A stretch of 64,000 nucleotides of DNA from Gammaproteobacteria bacterium (GCA_029882215.1 JAOULC010000015.1:1399-65398); one strand, 5' to 3'. Positions 17,831 to 26,762 are shown, counted from the first letter of the stretch. Made by a program: numbers and translations. The notes: a model not told the origin generated them from the letters alone.

Positions 17831-17900
17831 TTAGAAACGGCTTTCTAACCCAAATGAAATCTTATTTTTTAAATTATTTTTCGCTACTACAGACTGTTTT
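17831..17900 (-). pseudogene. Relic of the 3' end of a second copy of the 323-aa OMP gene
   Basis: 17831-17870 matches the 3' end of the intact OMP gene (20343-20382) at 34 of 40 nt. The relic translates to '..VVAKNNLKNKISFGLESRF*' against '..DVANNKTETETKNIITFGLESRF*' in the intact gene. The frame breaks (TAA) further upstream. Confidence 0.7.
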
Positions 17901-18049
17901 ACAAAGCTGTTTTTTTCTTATTTTTCATTCGCAACAGCTTTATCTTTAGTCAACATGTCAATCTGGTTTTATTTTTGGCATAAAATACGCCCAAAGGATG
18001 TTCATGCTCATGTACATCAGACCCCATCGCTCCTTCTAACACTAAGTGT

Positions 18050-20287
18050 TTATTTCAACTGTATAACTTCGATGCCCAAATCTGTTGAAACGTAAGCATA
18101 ATTCCCTGCGACTGTTATTCCTCTTGGATATCCCGCCAGTAAAAGTTGTGCCACCTGACCATCAATATTTGGTTTTTTCACATTGCTTATTGTTAAACCA
18201 CGAATCGTATTGTAAGGTCCTGCAGAAAACAGGTAACCGCCATCAATTGCCATTTCCCTTGAATAATGAAAATTGTTATTAACATTCAGAGCAGGCGTTA
18301 TACTTGCTGGCGTACTGATATCAAAACTATGTGTTGATAAACGTGTATCCGCAGCAAATAACCGGTCACCATAAACAACCAGGTCAGCAATGCCACTCTG
18401 TAGTACATCAGTGCTTCCAAAAGAGGACTCTGTTGTGCTCGTAATAATAGCTGGCGCCACAGGATCAGTAACATCAATAACCGTTATCATTCCCCCTGTT
18501 GCATTGTGTGAAACAAATACCGTATCCAATCTCGACACAACACTCCTAATGTTCGAGGTCGCACCAGGTATTAAAACAGAACCTTGAATGGAAGGCGTTG
18601 CAGAATCACTAACATCAACAACGTTTAAATATGTACCTGTTAGATCCATCGAGCCAACGAAAGCTGTTGTTCCTTCTAACCATAGAGCAAAAGGTTCTGT
18701 AAGCGCTACACTACCTGTCGTTAATGGAGTTGCTGGCGTTGAGACATCCATTATGTATAACCGATCACTAAGCTGACTAGTAACATAAGCTCTATTCAGA
18801 AATAATTTGATTTGATTATAATTACTTCCAGATGTTGAAACTAATACAGGACTATCTGGTGTGGTTATGTCATAAATATTCAAACCAAAGCTACCTACTG
18901 CATATAAATAATTCCCTTCTGTAGCTATATCTAATATGCCAGTCTGTGCAATCTCTGACAATTTACGGCTATCAAATGGTTGTACTGCATTAGTAAACTG
19001 TAAATTATAATAATCAATATCATCAGTATGTAAATACGAAAGCTTTGACTCACCCATTGTTAAGGTCACAGCATCAACTGTTGTGTTATTTGGCTCATCA
19101 ATTCCTGTCTGTGTAAAACCTTCCAGACTATAATCTTCAATCGAAGACCCAAACGCCACAGCATAAGCGGCTTCACTTTGGACATCACTATTCGCAAAAA
19201 CTATCTCAAGATTTTGCCCATCAACCCAGGGCACCTTAACCTCCCCCGCACCGCCACCTAATTGCTTTAAAGTACGACCTGGAGTGACTAAAACTCCGTT
19301 ACCTCTGGCATCAAAAGTGACTGGTATATCTTTACTTAATGGCAATAGTACTTTATCAGTCCAAACTTGATTGTTGATATCTGTTATTTGAATATTGATT
19401 TGCACATTTTTGTTAGCAGAAGGCCTGTTAAATGAAATAGTAAATGGAATGGTTATTGAATCACCCTGTGCTACTCCTCCTACAACTGGTGTAACATCAA
19501 GCACCTTAATATCAGGATCTATACTGCTAACGTTGAAACTCAGTCCTGATGCATCCTGATTGCCAATATTCTTAACGCTCAGTTGACGCGAATATTCAAT
19601 CGGTATCTGTCCTGCAAGGCTGCCAAAATATAAATACTCATTAACATCATTGCTTACAATTTCGGTTTTAAAATTATATAAACCACCAGATACCAAAGTC
19701 AGGTTACCTACATCCGTAACATTACTGGCAATATCAATTTCGACTTCTACTGTCGATGACGTCGTTACATCAGTTGCAATGGCATTGTAACGACCACTAG
19801 GCAACGAAGCTGAGAAGTTACCCGCACTATCCGACACAACGGCAACAGACACCGAGCTGTCTGCTACATTTGTTAGCAAAAGCTCTACTCCTGCTATTGT
19901 TTTCTGAGCAATTCCGCTTTTAGGTATCACTGTTCCTTTTGCGCCAGCGGTTACTACTTCATTCAGTACACCCGTCACAGCTACATTATCAATTCCAGCT
20001 CTAACAGCAAAAAATTCCACTGTCATATCCTGAAGCTTTATTAGATTACTATCCACTTCTGTAACAGTAAATATTGTTTCTGATCCTAACCAAATTTTGT
20101 TGCCATTTCGAACATCCTGCCATTGCCCCTGTAGATAAAGCGGAACTGGATTTGTATCTAAACCAGGCACATAACCACCCACATCTCCGCTGCTACTGCT
20201 ACTGCTACTGCTACTGCTACTGCTACCGCCACCACCGCAAGCACTCAGTGCTAATGCAACGAATAAAACTGATATCATTTTAAACAT
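18050..20287 (-). CDS. Large lipoprotein: CarboxypepD_reg-like domain, CARDB-like domain, PPC ('EPNN') domain, C-terminal LVIVD-repeat beta-propeller
   Basis: The ORF is open from 20302. The ATG at 20287 has GGAG 6 nt upstream. The lipobox 'LALSAC' is followed by a Gly4-Ser12 linker. LVIVD-type repeats include 'LNIYDITTPDSP', 'LYIMDVSTPATP', 'LNVVDVSDSATP', 'ITVIDVTDPVAP' and 'HSFDISTPAS'. Confidence 0.85.
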   Translation of the reverse strand: MFKMISVLFVALALSACGGGGSSSSSSSSSSSSGDVGGYVPGLDTNPVPLYLQGQWQDVRNGNKIWLGSETIFTVTEVDSNLIKLQDMTVEFFAVRAGIDNVAVTGVLNEVVTAGAKGTVIPKSGIAQKTIAGVELLLTNVADSSVSVAVVSDSAGNFSASLPSGRYNAIATDVTTSSTVEVEIDIASNVTDVGNLTLVSGGLYNFKTEIVSNDVNEYLYFGSLAGQIPIEYSRQLSVKNIGNQDASGLSFNVSSIDPDIKVLDVTPVVGGVAQGDSITIPFTISFNRPSANKNVQINIQITDINNQVWTDKVLLPLSKDIPVTFDARGNGVLVTPGRTLKQLGGGAGEVKVPWVDGQNLEIVFANSDVQSEAAYAVAFGSSIEDYSLEGFTQTGIDEPNNTTVDAVTLTMGESKLSYLHTDDIDYYNLQFTNAVQPFDSRKLSEIAQTGILDIATEGNYLYAVGSFGLNIYDITTPDSPVLVSTSGSNYNQIKLFLNRAYVTSQLSDRLYIMDVSTPATPLTTGSVALTEPFALWLEGTTAFVGSMDLTGTYLNVVDVSDSATPSIQGSVLIPGATSNIRSVVSRLDTVFVSHNATGGMITVIDVTDPVAPAIITSTTESSFGSTDVLQSGIADLVVYGDRLFAADTRLSTHSFDISTPASITPALNVNNNFHYSREMAIDGGYLFSAGPYNTIRGLTISNVKKPNIDGQVAQLLLAGYPRGITVAGNYAYVSTDLGIEVIQLK
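20189..20224 (-). repeat. Simple-sequence repeat, (AGC/AGT)12, encoding the poly-Ser linker
   Basis: The plus strand reads gct gct act gct act gct act gct act gct act gct, a near-perfect hexanucleotide (gctact) array. It is in frame. Confidence 0.9.
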
Positions 20288-20342
20288 AATGTTCTCCAGC
20301 ATAGCTGTGTGTAGCCATTATCTATTAAGTGTTTAATTAAAA

Positions 20343-21314
20343 TTAGAAACGACTTTCTAAACCAAAGGTAATAATATTTTTTGTTTCTGTTTCTGTTTTG
20401 TTATTGGCAACATCGGTGACTTCAACGTCTTCCAATACAATACCCACCACCGGTTTTAAGTTACCACTCACCGGCTCATTAAAGATAAAACGCAAAGCCA
20501 TACGTGAGGTCGCCTGCTCAATATCAACTGTTTGATTATTAAAACCGTCTGCGGTTGCGTTCAGTGCCGCGATGTCATATTGCATTGGCAATAGCTCATA
20601 ATAATAACCAAAGCCAATATTCACGCTGCCACCGGTTTTATATTCGAGTTCTAAACTCAGGTCATAGGACAAGTCTTGTGAGTTTGTACTGCTACGCGTA
20701 CCGGCAGTAGGGATAAGGGGTATGAAACGTGTTTCCTGATCTACTGCAAGACTTGATGCGGGTGAAATAGATAATCCGGCACGGAAATTTATGCTTTTCC
20801 CGATACGGGTAAAGTCTGCAAAAACATTAGGCTTGGTGATGACCACATCGACCTGACTATCGAAGGCCACATACTCACCCGCCACAGCCGGATTAGGCAC
20901 ATAGGGATTTGGCATTTGAAAATAACCAAACTGCAACTGATCGATAGTGACCTGCTCAAAGTCTGCACCGACTGACCATTTGGTGCTCTCACTGCCTTTT
21001 TCAAGGGCTATCAGATTCAGACGCAAACGGTCTTCGCTGACACTGGTGCCGACTCGGCTATCGGTAAAACCCGGTATCGTCTCGTTTGAATCCGACTGTC
21101 TTGAGCGAAAACCAATACCTGAGCTCCAGCCATCACCCCAGTTAAAAGGAACAAAGGCTTCAGGTGCGGTCTTGCCATCTTCATCCAGGCCGAGATCGAC
21201 CTGAACCCGGTCCTCTGCCCAGCCAGACTCAGCGGCAACGGCTTGTGATGGTAGTAAAGTAATAAAAGCGAAGACTGCAAAAAATGCAGCTGGAGTAAGC
21301 CTATTGGCGAGCAT
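20343..21314 (-). CDS. Outer-membrane beta-barrel protein, unidentified family, first gene of the OMP-lipoprotein cassette
   Basis: 323 aa with signal peptide 'LTPAAFFAVFAFITLLPSQAVAA'. It has alternating amphipathic strands and a C-terminal '...FGLESRF'. It lies 40-55 nt upstream of the LVIVD lipoprotein gene on the same strand. Confidence 0.75.
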   Translation of the reverse strand: MLANRLTPAAFFAVFAFITLLPSQAVAAESGWAEDRVQVDLGLDEDGKTAPEAFVPFNWGDGWSSGIGFRSRQSDSNETIPGFTDSRVGTSVSEDRLRLNLIALEKGSESTKWSVGADFEQVTIDQLQFGYFQMPNPYVPNPAVAGEYVAFDSQVDVVITKPNVFADFTRIGKSINFRAGLSISPASSLAVDQETRFIPLIPTAGTRSSTNSQDLSYDLSLELEYKTGGSVNIGFGYYYELLPMQYDIAALNATADGFNNQTVDIEQATSRMALRFIFNEPVSGNLKPVVGIVLEDVEVTDVANNKTETETKNIITFGLESRF

Positions 21315-21962
21315 GAGATGTGTTCCCCTTAATTATCACGTTCCATGTGTTTGATTTTGATCGACAAAAAAACGCGAAGTTAATTTACTCAATACTTTAT
21401 GTTATAAAAAAAAAGTGTCATCACCCATATGGTGTATGCCGGCCAAATAATTTAACAAACCTACAACATATTTTAAAAAACGTGATCCACATCAAGCCGA
21501 TGCTAAATAGATCCCATACATCCTTCTCACCACGGCTCAATAAGCTTGACACCTTATTTTGTGCGAACTGATCTGAAAGAAAATAGTATTCTGAAATTTT
21601 ATTCCGTATCAAAGGGACACAATCAGCACACGATTAGGAATTTTATAGAAAGTTATTACAGCGGAAAGCCATTAGAAAAGAACACAATCCCTGTGCTCAA
21701 GGACAACAAAACAACAACCTGTATGAGTCTTAATCATGTCATTACTATAAACCACCACCCCGCGGATTCCATCACCCAAATGAGGTAAATGTAGCAAATA
21801 AATATGTATTATCTGTCAATATTTAACTTTACATCATTGCTTTATCACTGTGCTTTGCAGCTTTCATTAACGGCCAGGTTATCAAGTTCAGGCAAGCGTC
21901 TTAGATGCATAATACACACTGCGACCAGTGATTATGGTTTTGAATATTGCATGAGGCCGGCT

Positions 21963-23822
21963 TTAGACTTTTAACAACTCATCAAGAATTTTCGCCCAGT
22001 GCGTATAGAACATGTAATGCCCCTGGCCTTCACAGATATGGTATCTGGTTTCTGTTATATGCTCTTCAAAGCGCCTGCAAAGAACTAACGGCACGTGATG
22101 ATCACTATCACCATGCCATAAAGTCACCGGCACTTTAATATTATCCGGTTTAAACCCCCAGTCATGCATCAGCTGAATGATTTCTTTTGACGTAGCTTTG
22201 CCGCCCTGACGAAAACCTTCACGCAGTGAATTAAAATGTTCTCTTTTAAAATCATCACTGCACATTATTCGCTGATCTGCAGCAGCTACCTTTTCACTCA
22301 GCTGAGTAAAAAAAGCATCCGGATCATTCAAAATACCCTTAACCAGCACCGAGCTTAGCAAACTATAAACCTTGGGCAAATACCGAGCCAGCTTTGTATT
22401 CATTTTATACAAAGGGATCATTTGCCCGAAATCTTTAGCTGATATTGCCGGCATACCGGCACTGATAATGAATACTTTTTTAATTCTTTCAGGGGCTTCA
22501 TGCGCACAGGCCAGTGCATACTGCCCACCCATGGCATAACCTGTTAATGACACTTGCTCTATTTCCAGTGCATCAATCAGCTGTACAAAATCATTCGTCC
22601 ATTTTATATAACTTGCGGCAGGGTCCGGATCCGACATACCAAAGCCCGGGCGATCTATGTTAATCAGGCGAATTTTCTTTTGCTTACAAATCTCATCGGC
22701 ATTAAATGCAAGCTCCAGCCTGGACCCCACTACACTGTGACAGTGCACAACAAGCTCACCGCAAGGATCGCCGTATTCCTGATAAGCCAGATGCCGGCCA
22801 TCATCTAACTCTATGGTTTGGTATAAGTGCTGCTGCAAGCTGTTTTTTGACAATACCCCTTTGCGCTGACCGGCAGCAACATCCGGAATAGCATTAACAA
22901 ACGCGCCCATACCATTAAACACCAGACTAACAAGTTCTGCCTGCCGGCTGGTTTCTGTTTTTCTCAGGATGGCTTTTACCTGCGAGCGAACAGTATGCTG
23001 GGACACACTAAACGCTTCTGATATTTCTTTTATATTCATTCCACGGACAAGCTGCCCTGTGATCTGAATTTCTTTTTCAGTGAGATGGTATATTTCTGCC
23101 AGCTCCGGGGGTAATGAAAACGGCTGTGATTTTCGCTGGGCAATAAAGATAGCAACCGATGCACTCTTTGCTGCACCATTGTGTTTAACCGGTGCAAGAA
23201 ACAGCATCAGGTTATTTGATGTGAGTTTTTGATTTAACGATAACGCCTGTCCGCGTGTTGTGGCCGGGTCATGTTTTGACATGGCTTCAACCGCATTCAG
23301 CAGTTTTTGCTGATTAGCAACATCAGCATCAAGACAACCGTCTTTAATTCGCAGTCCTGTTCCCGAAGTCAAAATATCATCAGCCAGTGTATTACACTCG
23401 ATTACTCTGGCCGCCTCATCAACCAGTACGAGGGCAATTGGCAACCTGTCCAGTAATGACAAAACAACTTCATGCTGATCACCCATATCCACCAGGCGCT
23501 TGGCAATCTTTATCGCTCTGGCAAAGTGCCTAATCAGGATGTCATTGACATCCGCCATGTCATACTTGCTGCTATCGTTGGCCGCAACACTGACATCAGT
23601 AAGCGACCTTAATGCTTCAGAAATAGTGCTACGTGGTGGTGCACCACTAACGGCTGCAATCTCAGGTATAACCGCCAGTAGCTGAGATTCTCCGCTGGCG
23701 CTGCTCTGATCTATATGCGCCACAAATTCAGCCAGTGAATTGAGTAAGTCAGTCCAGCGGGACGGTTCAATCGCCGCTTCATAAATGAGTTCGATTAGCG
23801 GATCTATACTTGTATGCTTCAT
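21963..23822 (-). CDS. LuxR/GerE-family transcriptional regulator with N-terminal PAS-like region and C-terminal alpha/beta-hydrolase domain (nucleophile Ser replaced by Ala)
   Basis: 619 aa. The HTH is 'LTEKEIQITGQLVRGMNIKEISEAFSVSQHTVRSQVKAILRKT'. The hydrolase-fold elbow reads 'LTGYAMGG' (GCC Ala at 22533-22535) instead of G-x-S-x-G. The acid and His positions appear retained ('WHGDSDHHVP', 'GQGHYMF'). Confidence 0.8.
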   Translation of the reverse strand: MKHTSIDPLIELIYEAAIEPSRWTDLLNSLAEFVAHIDQSSASGESQLLAVIPEIAAVSGAPPRSTISEALRSLTDVSVAANDSSKYDMADVNDILIRHFARAIKIAKRLVDMGDQHEVVLSLLDRLPIALVLVDEAARVIECNTLADDILTSGTGLRIKDGCLDADVANQQKLLNAVEAMSKHDPATTRGQALSLNQKLTSNNLMLFLAPVKHNGAAKSASVAIFIAQRKSQPFSLPPELAEIYHLTEKEIQITGQLVRGMNIKEISEAFSVSQHTVRSQVKAILRKTETSRQAELVSLVFNGMGAFVNAIPDVAAGQRKGVLSKNSLQQHLYQTIELDDGRHLAYQEYGDPCGELVVHCHSVVGSRLELAFNADEICKQKKIRLINIDRPGFGMSDPDPAASYIKWTNDFVQLIDALEIEQVSLTGYAMGGQYALACAHEAPERIKKVFIISAGMPAISAKDFGQMIPLYKMNTKLARYLPKVYSLLSSVLVKGILNDPDAFFTQLSEKVAAADQRIMCSDDFKREHFNSLREGFRQGGKATSKEIIQLMHDWGFKPDNIKVPVTLWHGDSDHHVPLVLCRRFEEHITETRYHICEGQGHYMFYTHWAKILDELLKV

Positions 23823-24026
23823 TAATTATTTATTATTACAATGTCAGGACAATCCTATATATCCACCAGTTTATCTAAAATAGTTATATTTACCAGCGGT
23901 TTCATGTTAGGGCTTTATTTTAGTGATACGGTTCATATTTTTAAAGCCGGAGCACGGGCGCCCATAAGCATAAGCCCTGACATGAACACGCTGTTAACAG
24001 CTTGAAAACAGGCCTGTATTTTTAGC

Positions 24027-25337
24027 TCAGAACAGATGCCTGGAGTTCAATATGATGTTTGAATCCCCTGTATCCGTCGCATAACCAATATCAAGCCTGA
24101 TATTCACTTTAACAAAGGCCGCTACTTTCCAGCGAAATGCCAAGCCAATCGTCGTATGCAAGCCCTTAAAATCAATATCTTTTGCCCTGTCATAGGCATT
24201 GCCCACATCAAGCAGCACTCCATAACGATAAGCGGGATTATTACTAAACGGAACCAGGTACTCAATATTCATTAACACCATTGCATTACCATTATATAAG
24301 CCTCTTTCTGAGTACCCACGAAGCTCACTACCACCCAATGAAAAAACATTATCACCCAGATAATCGCCGTCACTCGCGCCCAGCTGCATCTGTACATTCA
24401 GGTTGTTCATGGGGTGTGATTTAAGCCGGTAATAACTCCGGTAAAAAATCAAATGCTTTGTAAAACGATCCTCCTCATTAAACAAAATACGATTTGTATT
24501 GAGAATATAGCCAAAATCTTTTCCTCTGCGGTTAAACAAGTACTCATTTATTTTTTGATAACCAAAACGCAGCTGCAGAAAATTCCCCTGTAAATCCGCC
24601 AGCGATACATCGCCGTCATACAATGCACTATTATTGCGCTCCTCTCTGTATAAACCGGTCCCCAGATACCAGCCGCTACTGCGGTTATCAAGATGACGCC
24701 AGCGATCGACATTAAAGCCTATCTTTTTTTCTTGGCGAAACTGTGGATCTGCAGCGCTATACTCAATGACACTCTCTCTGTACTCCGTAAAAAAATTAAG
24801 TGTGTAGGGAGAACCATCTATTCTCGGCATCGTGTATTCCAGGCTTTGCCTAATATCCTGTACACCGAGCGTTTCGCCATATTCTCTGAGCTTTAAGCGC
24901 AGGCTTTGATTGGTACCGGCTATATTATCCCAGTAGGCACGTACACCGTAGTGAAGCGCTTTATCCACTTCATCAACCCTTATTTCTGGCAGAACAAACA
25001 GGTAATGTTTTTCTGTTACCCGGATAACCAGACGGACATTATTTTTACTGATGCTGTCATAAACAGAATATTTGACATCACGAAACAAATGCAAATCCAT
25101 GATTGCCTGTACGTCTTCTTTTACTGTTGCGATGTCCAGCTCATCCCCTACCTGAGATCGCATTTCCTGCAGCAGAACAAATGCCTGTGTATTTTTATTG
25201 CCGATAAATTCAATGCTAGCAATAACCGACGCCATAGCCTGAGTTGCCGCTAACAACAGAAAAATAAAAGCAAGCAGTCTTAGCTTAAGTATTTGAATGA
25301 TCACTCCGTTACCGCGAACTCTTTCACCAGTCAGCAC
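24027..25337 (-). CDS. Omp85/surface antigen (D15) family beta-barrel protein with a single POTRA-like domain
   Basis: 436 aa with a GTG start and signal peptide '...LLAFIFLLLAATQAMA'. A POTRA-like segment 'IASIEFIGNKNTQAFVLLQEMRSQVGDELDIATVKEDVQAIMDLHLFRDV' is followed by a barrel ending '...SNIILNSRHLF'. No TpsA-like partner gene is adjacent. Confidence 0.7.
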   Translation of the reverse strand: MLTGERVRGNGVIIQILKLRLLAFIFLLLAATQAMASVIASIEFIGNKNTQAFVLLQEMRSQVGDELDIATVKEDVQAIMDLHLFRDVKYSVYDSISKNNVRLVIRVTEKHYLFVLPEIRVDEVDKALHYGVRAYWDNIAGTNQSLRLKLREYGETLGVQDIRQSLEYTMPRIDGSPYTLNFFTEYRESVIEYSAADPQFRQEKKIGFNVDRWRHLDNRSSGWYLGTGLYREERNNSALYDGDVSLADLQGNFLQLRFGYQKINEYLFNRRGKDFGYILNTNRILFNEEDRFTKHLIFYRSYYRLKSHPMNNLNVQMQLGASDGDYLGDNVFSLGGSELRGYSERGLYNGNAMVLMNIEYLVPFSNNPAYRYGVLLDVGNAYDRAKDIDFKGLHTTIGLAFRWKVAAFVKVNIRLDIGYATDTGDSNIILNSRHLF

Positions 25338-25626
25338 ACTCCTGAAAGGTTACACATCAGTATTATTATTTTTTAATCACTATCGCCAAAATAATCATAA
25401 AATGCAAATCACAGTCATTTTTTATCTACCTCTATCATAGAGCCGTCGCTTATTGCTTTTGAGCATGATGAGCACGGCCCTTAGCCGATAAATAGCGGCT
25501 TTTTATCCTGATCTTCTTGTCATCTGAGGCACAAAACGTCATTATGGTCAATCAAGTATAATAATAATGTATTTTCGTGAGCCCGCCTGTGGTTCATAAG
25601 AAAAACAGCGGGAAACAGGACCTTAA

Positions 25627-26628
25627 ATGAACATTAACAGAGTCTGTATTTTGGGTGGTACCGGATTTGTAGGTAGCACGCTCGTCTGTAAGCTAGCTGC
25701 CATGGGAATTAAAACCCGACTTATTAGCCGACACCCTGAGCGCCACCGCGAGCTACTGGTTTTACCGAACGTCGAAATCGTAGAAGCCGACATCACCGAG
25801 TTTAACCGGCTGTCTTATTATTTACATGATGTAGATGCTGTGATTAATCTGGTTGGTATCCTCAATGACAACACTCTTGATGGCAGTGGCTTTCGAAAAA
25901 TCCATATCGATCTGCCCAAGTTAATTGTTCAGGCCTGTCAAAAAAATAATATCAAGCGCCTGTTACAGATGAGCGCATTACATGCCGATGCCGGCACCGC
26001 CCCCAGCCACTATTTACGCTCAAAAGGTGAAGGCGAAAACCATTTACATATCTTTAGTGACAAAGGCATACAGGTCACCACTTTCCGTCCTTCTGTTATT
26101 TTTGGCCCTGACGATGACTTTTTTAACCGCTTTGCAAAACTACTAAAAGTGACACCCTTCATCTGCCCGATACCTAGAGCCAATAGCCGCTTTGCACCCG
26201 CCTATGTTGGTGATGTTGCTGACGCTATGATCAAACACCTGCTCGACCCGAACAGCAACGGTCAGCGAGTCGATCTGTGCGGACCACACAGCTATAGCAT
26301 GCTGGAGATTATGGAATACACCGCAGCGGTTTTAGGGATTAAACGTAAGTTTATTGCACTACCAGACTCGCTTGCACGGTTTATGGCACATATGTCCGAT
26401 ATGGCCAACAATATCCCGATCATCACACCCGCCATGAATATGTTAATTCCGGGTTTTAAAGAGTCACGTTTTTCGATTGATAATTACCGTTCATTATTAG
26501 TTGACAGCACCTGCGACGATGCCGAAACACTAAAAACAGCGATTGAAGATATCGTCCCCAAATACCTTGGTAATCAGAACGAACAATACCACTACGACAG
26601 GTTCCGCAGCCGTTCAACCGGCAAATAA
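25627..26628 (+). CDS. NAD(P)-binding atypical SDR / epimerase-family protein (NDUFA9-like)
   Basis: 333 aa with the Rossmann motif 'ILGGTGFVGSTL'. The overall layout resembles complex-I 39-kDa-like bacterial SDRs. Confidence 0.7.
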   Translation: MNINRVCILGGTGFVGSTLVCKLAAMGIKTRLISRHPERHRELLVLPNVEIVEADITEFNRLSYYLHDVDAVINLVGILNDNTLDGSGFRKIHIDLPKLIVQACQKNNIKRLLQMSALHADAGTAPSHYLRSKGEGENHLHIFSDKGIQVTTFRPSVIFGPDDDFFNRFAKLLKVTPFICPIPRANSRFAPAYVGDVADAMIKHLLDPNSNGQRVDLCGPHSYSMLEIMEYTAAVLGIKRKFIALPDSLARFMAHMSDMANNIPIITPAMNMLIPGFKESRFSIDNYRSLLVDSTCDDAETLKTAIEDIVPKYLGNQNEQYHYDRFRSRSTGK

Positions 26629-26762
26629 TTCATGAAATTCCCGCTGTCTGAGCTATATATCATAATGCGGAACTTAAAGTCGCAAAAACCTGACCAGTAA
26701 CGGTTGAATTCAAAAGCAATCTGGGTCAATCTCCCTGCACCAAATATAGCCGAGTCAACACT

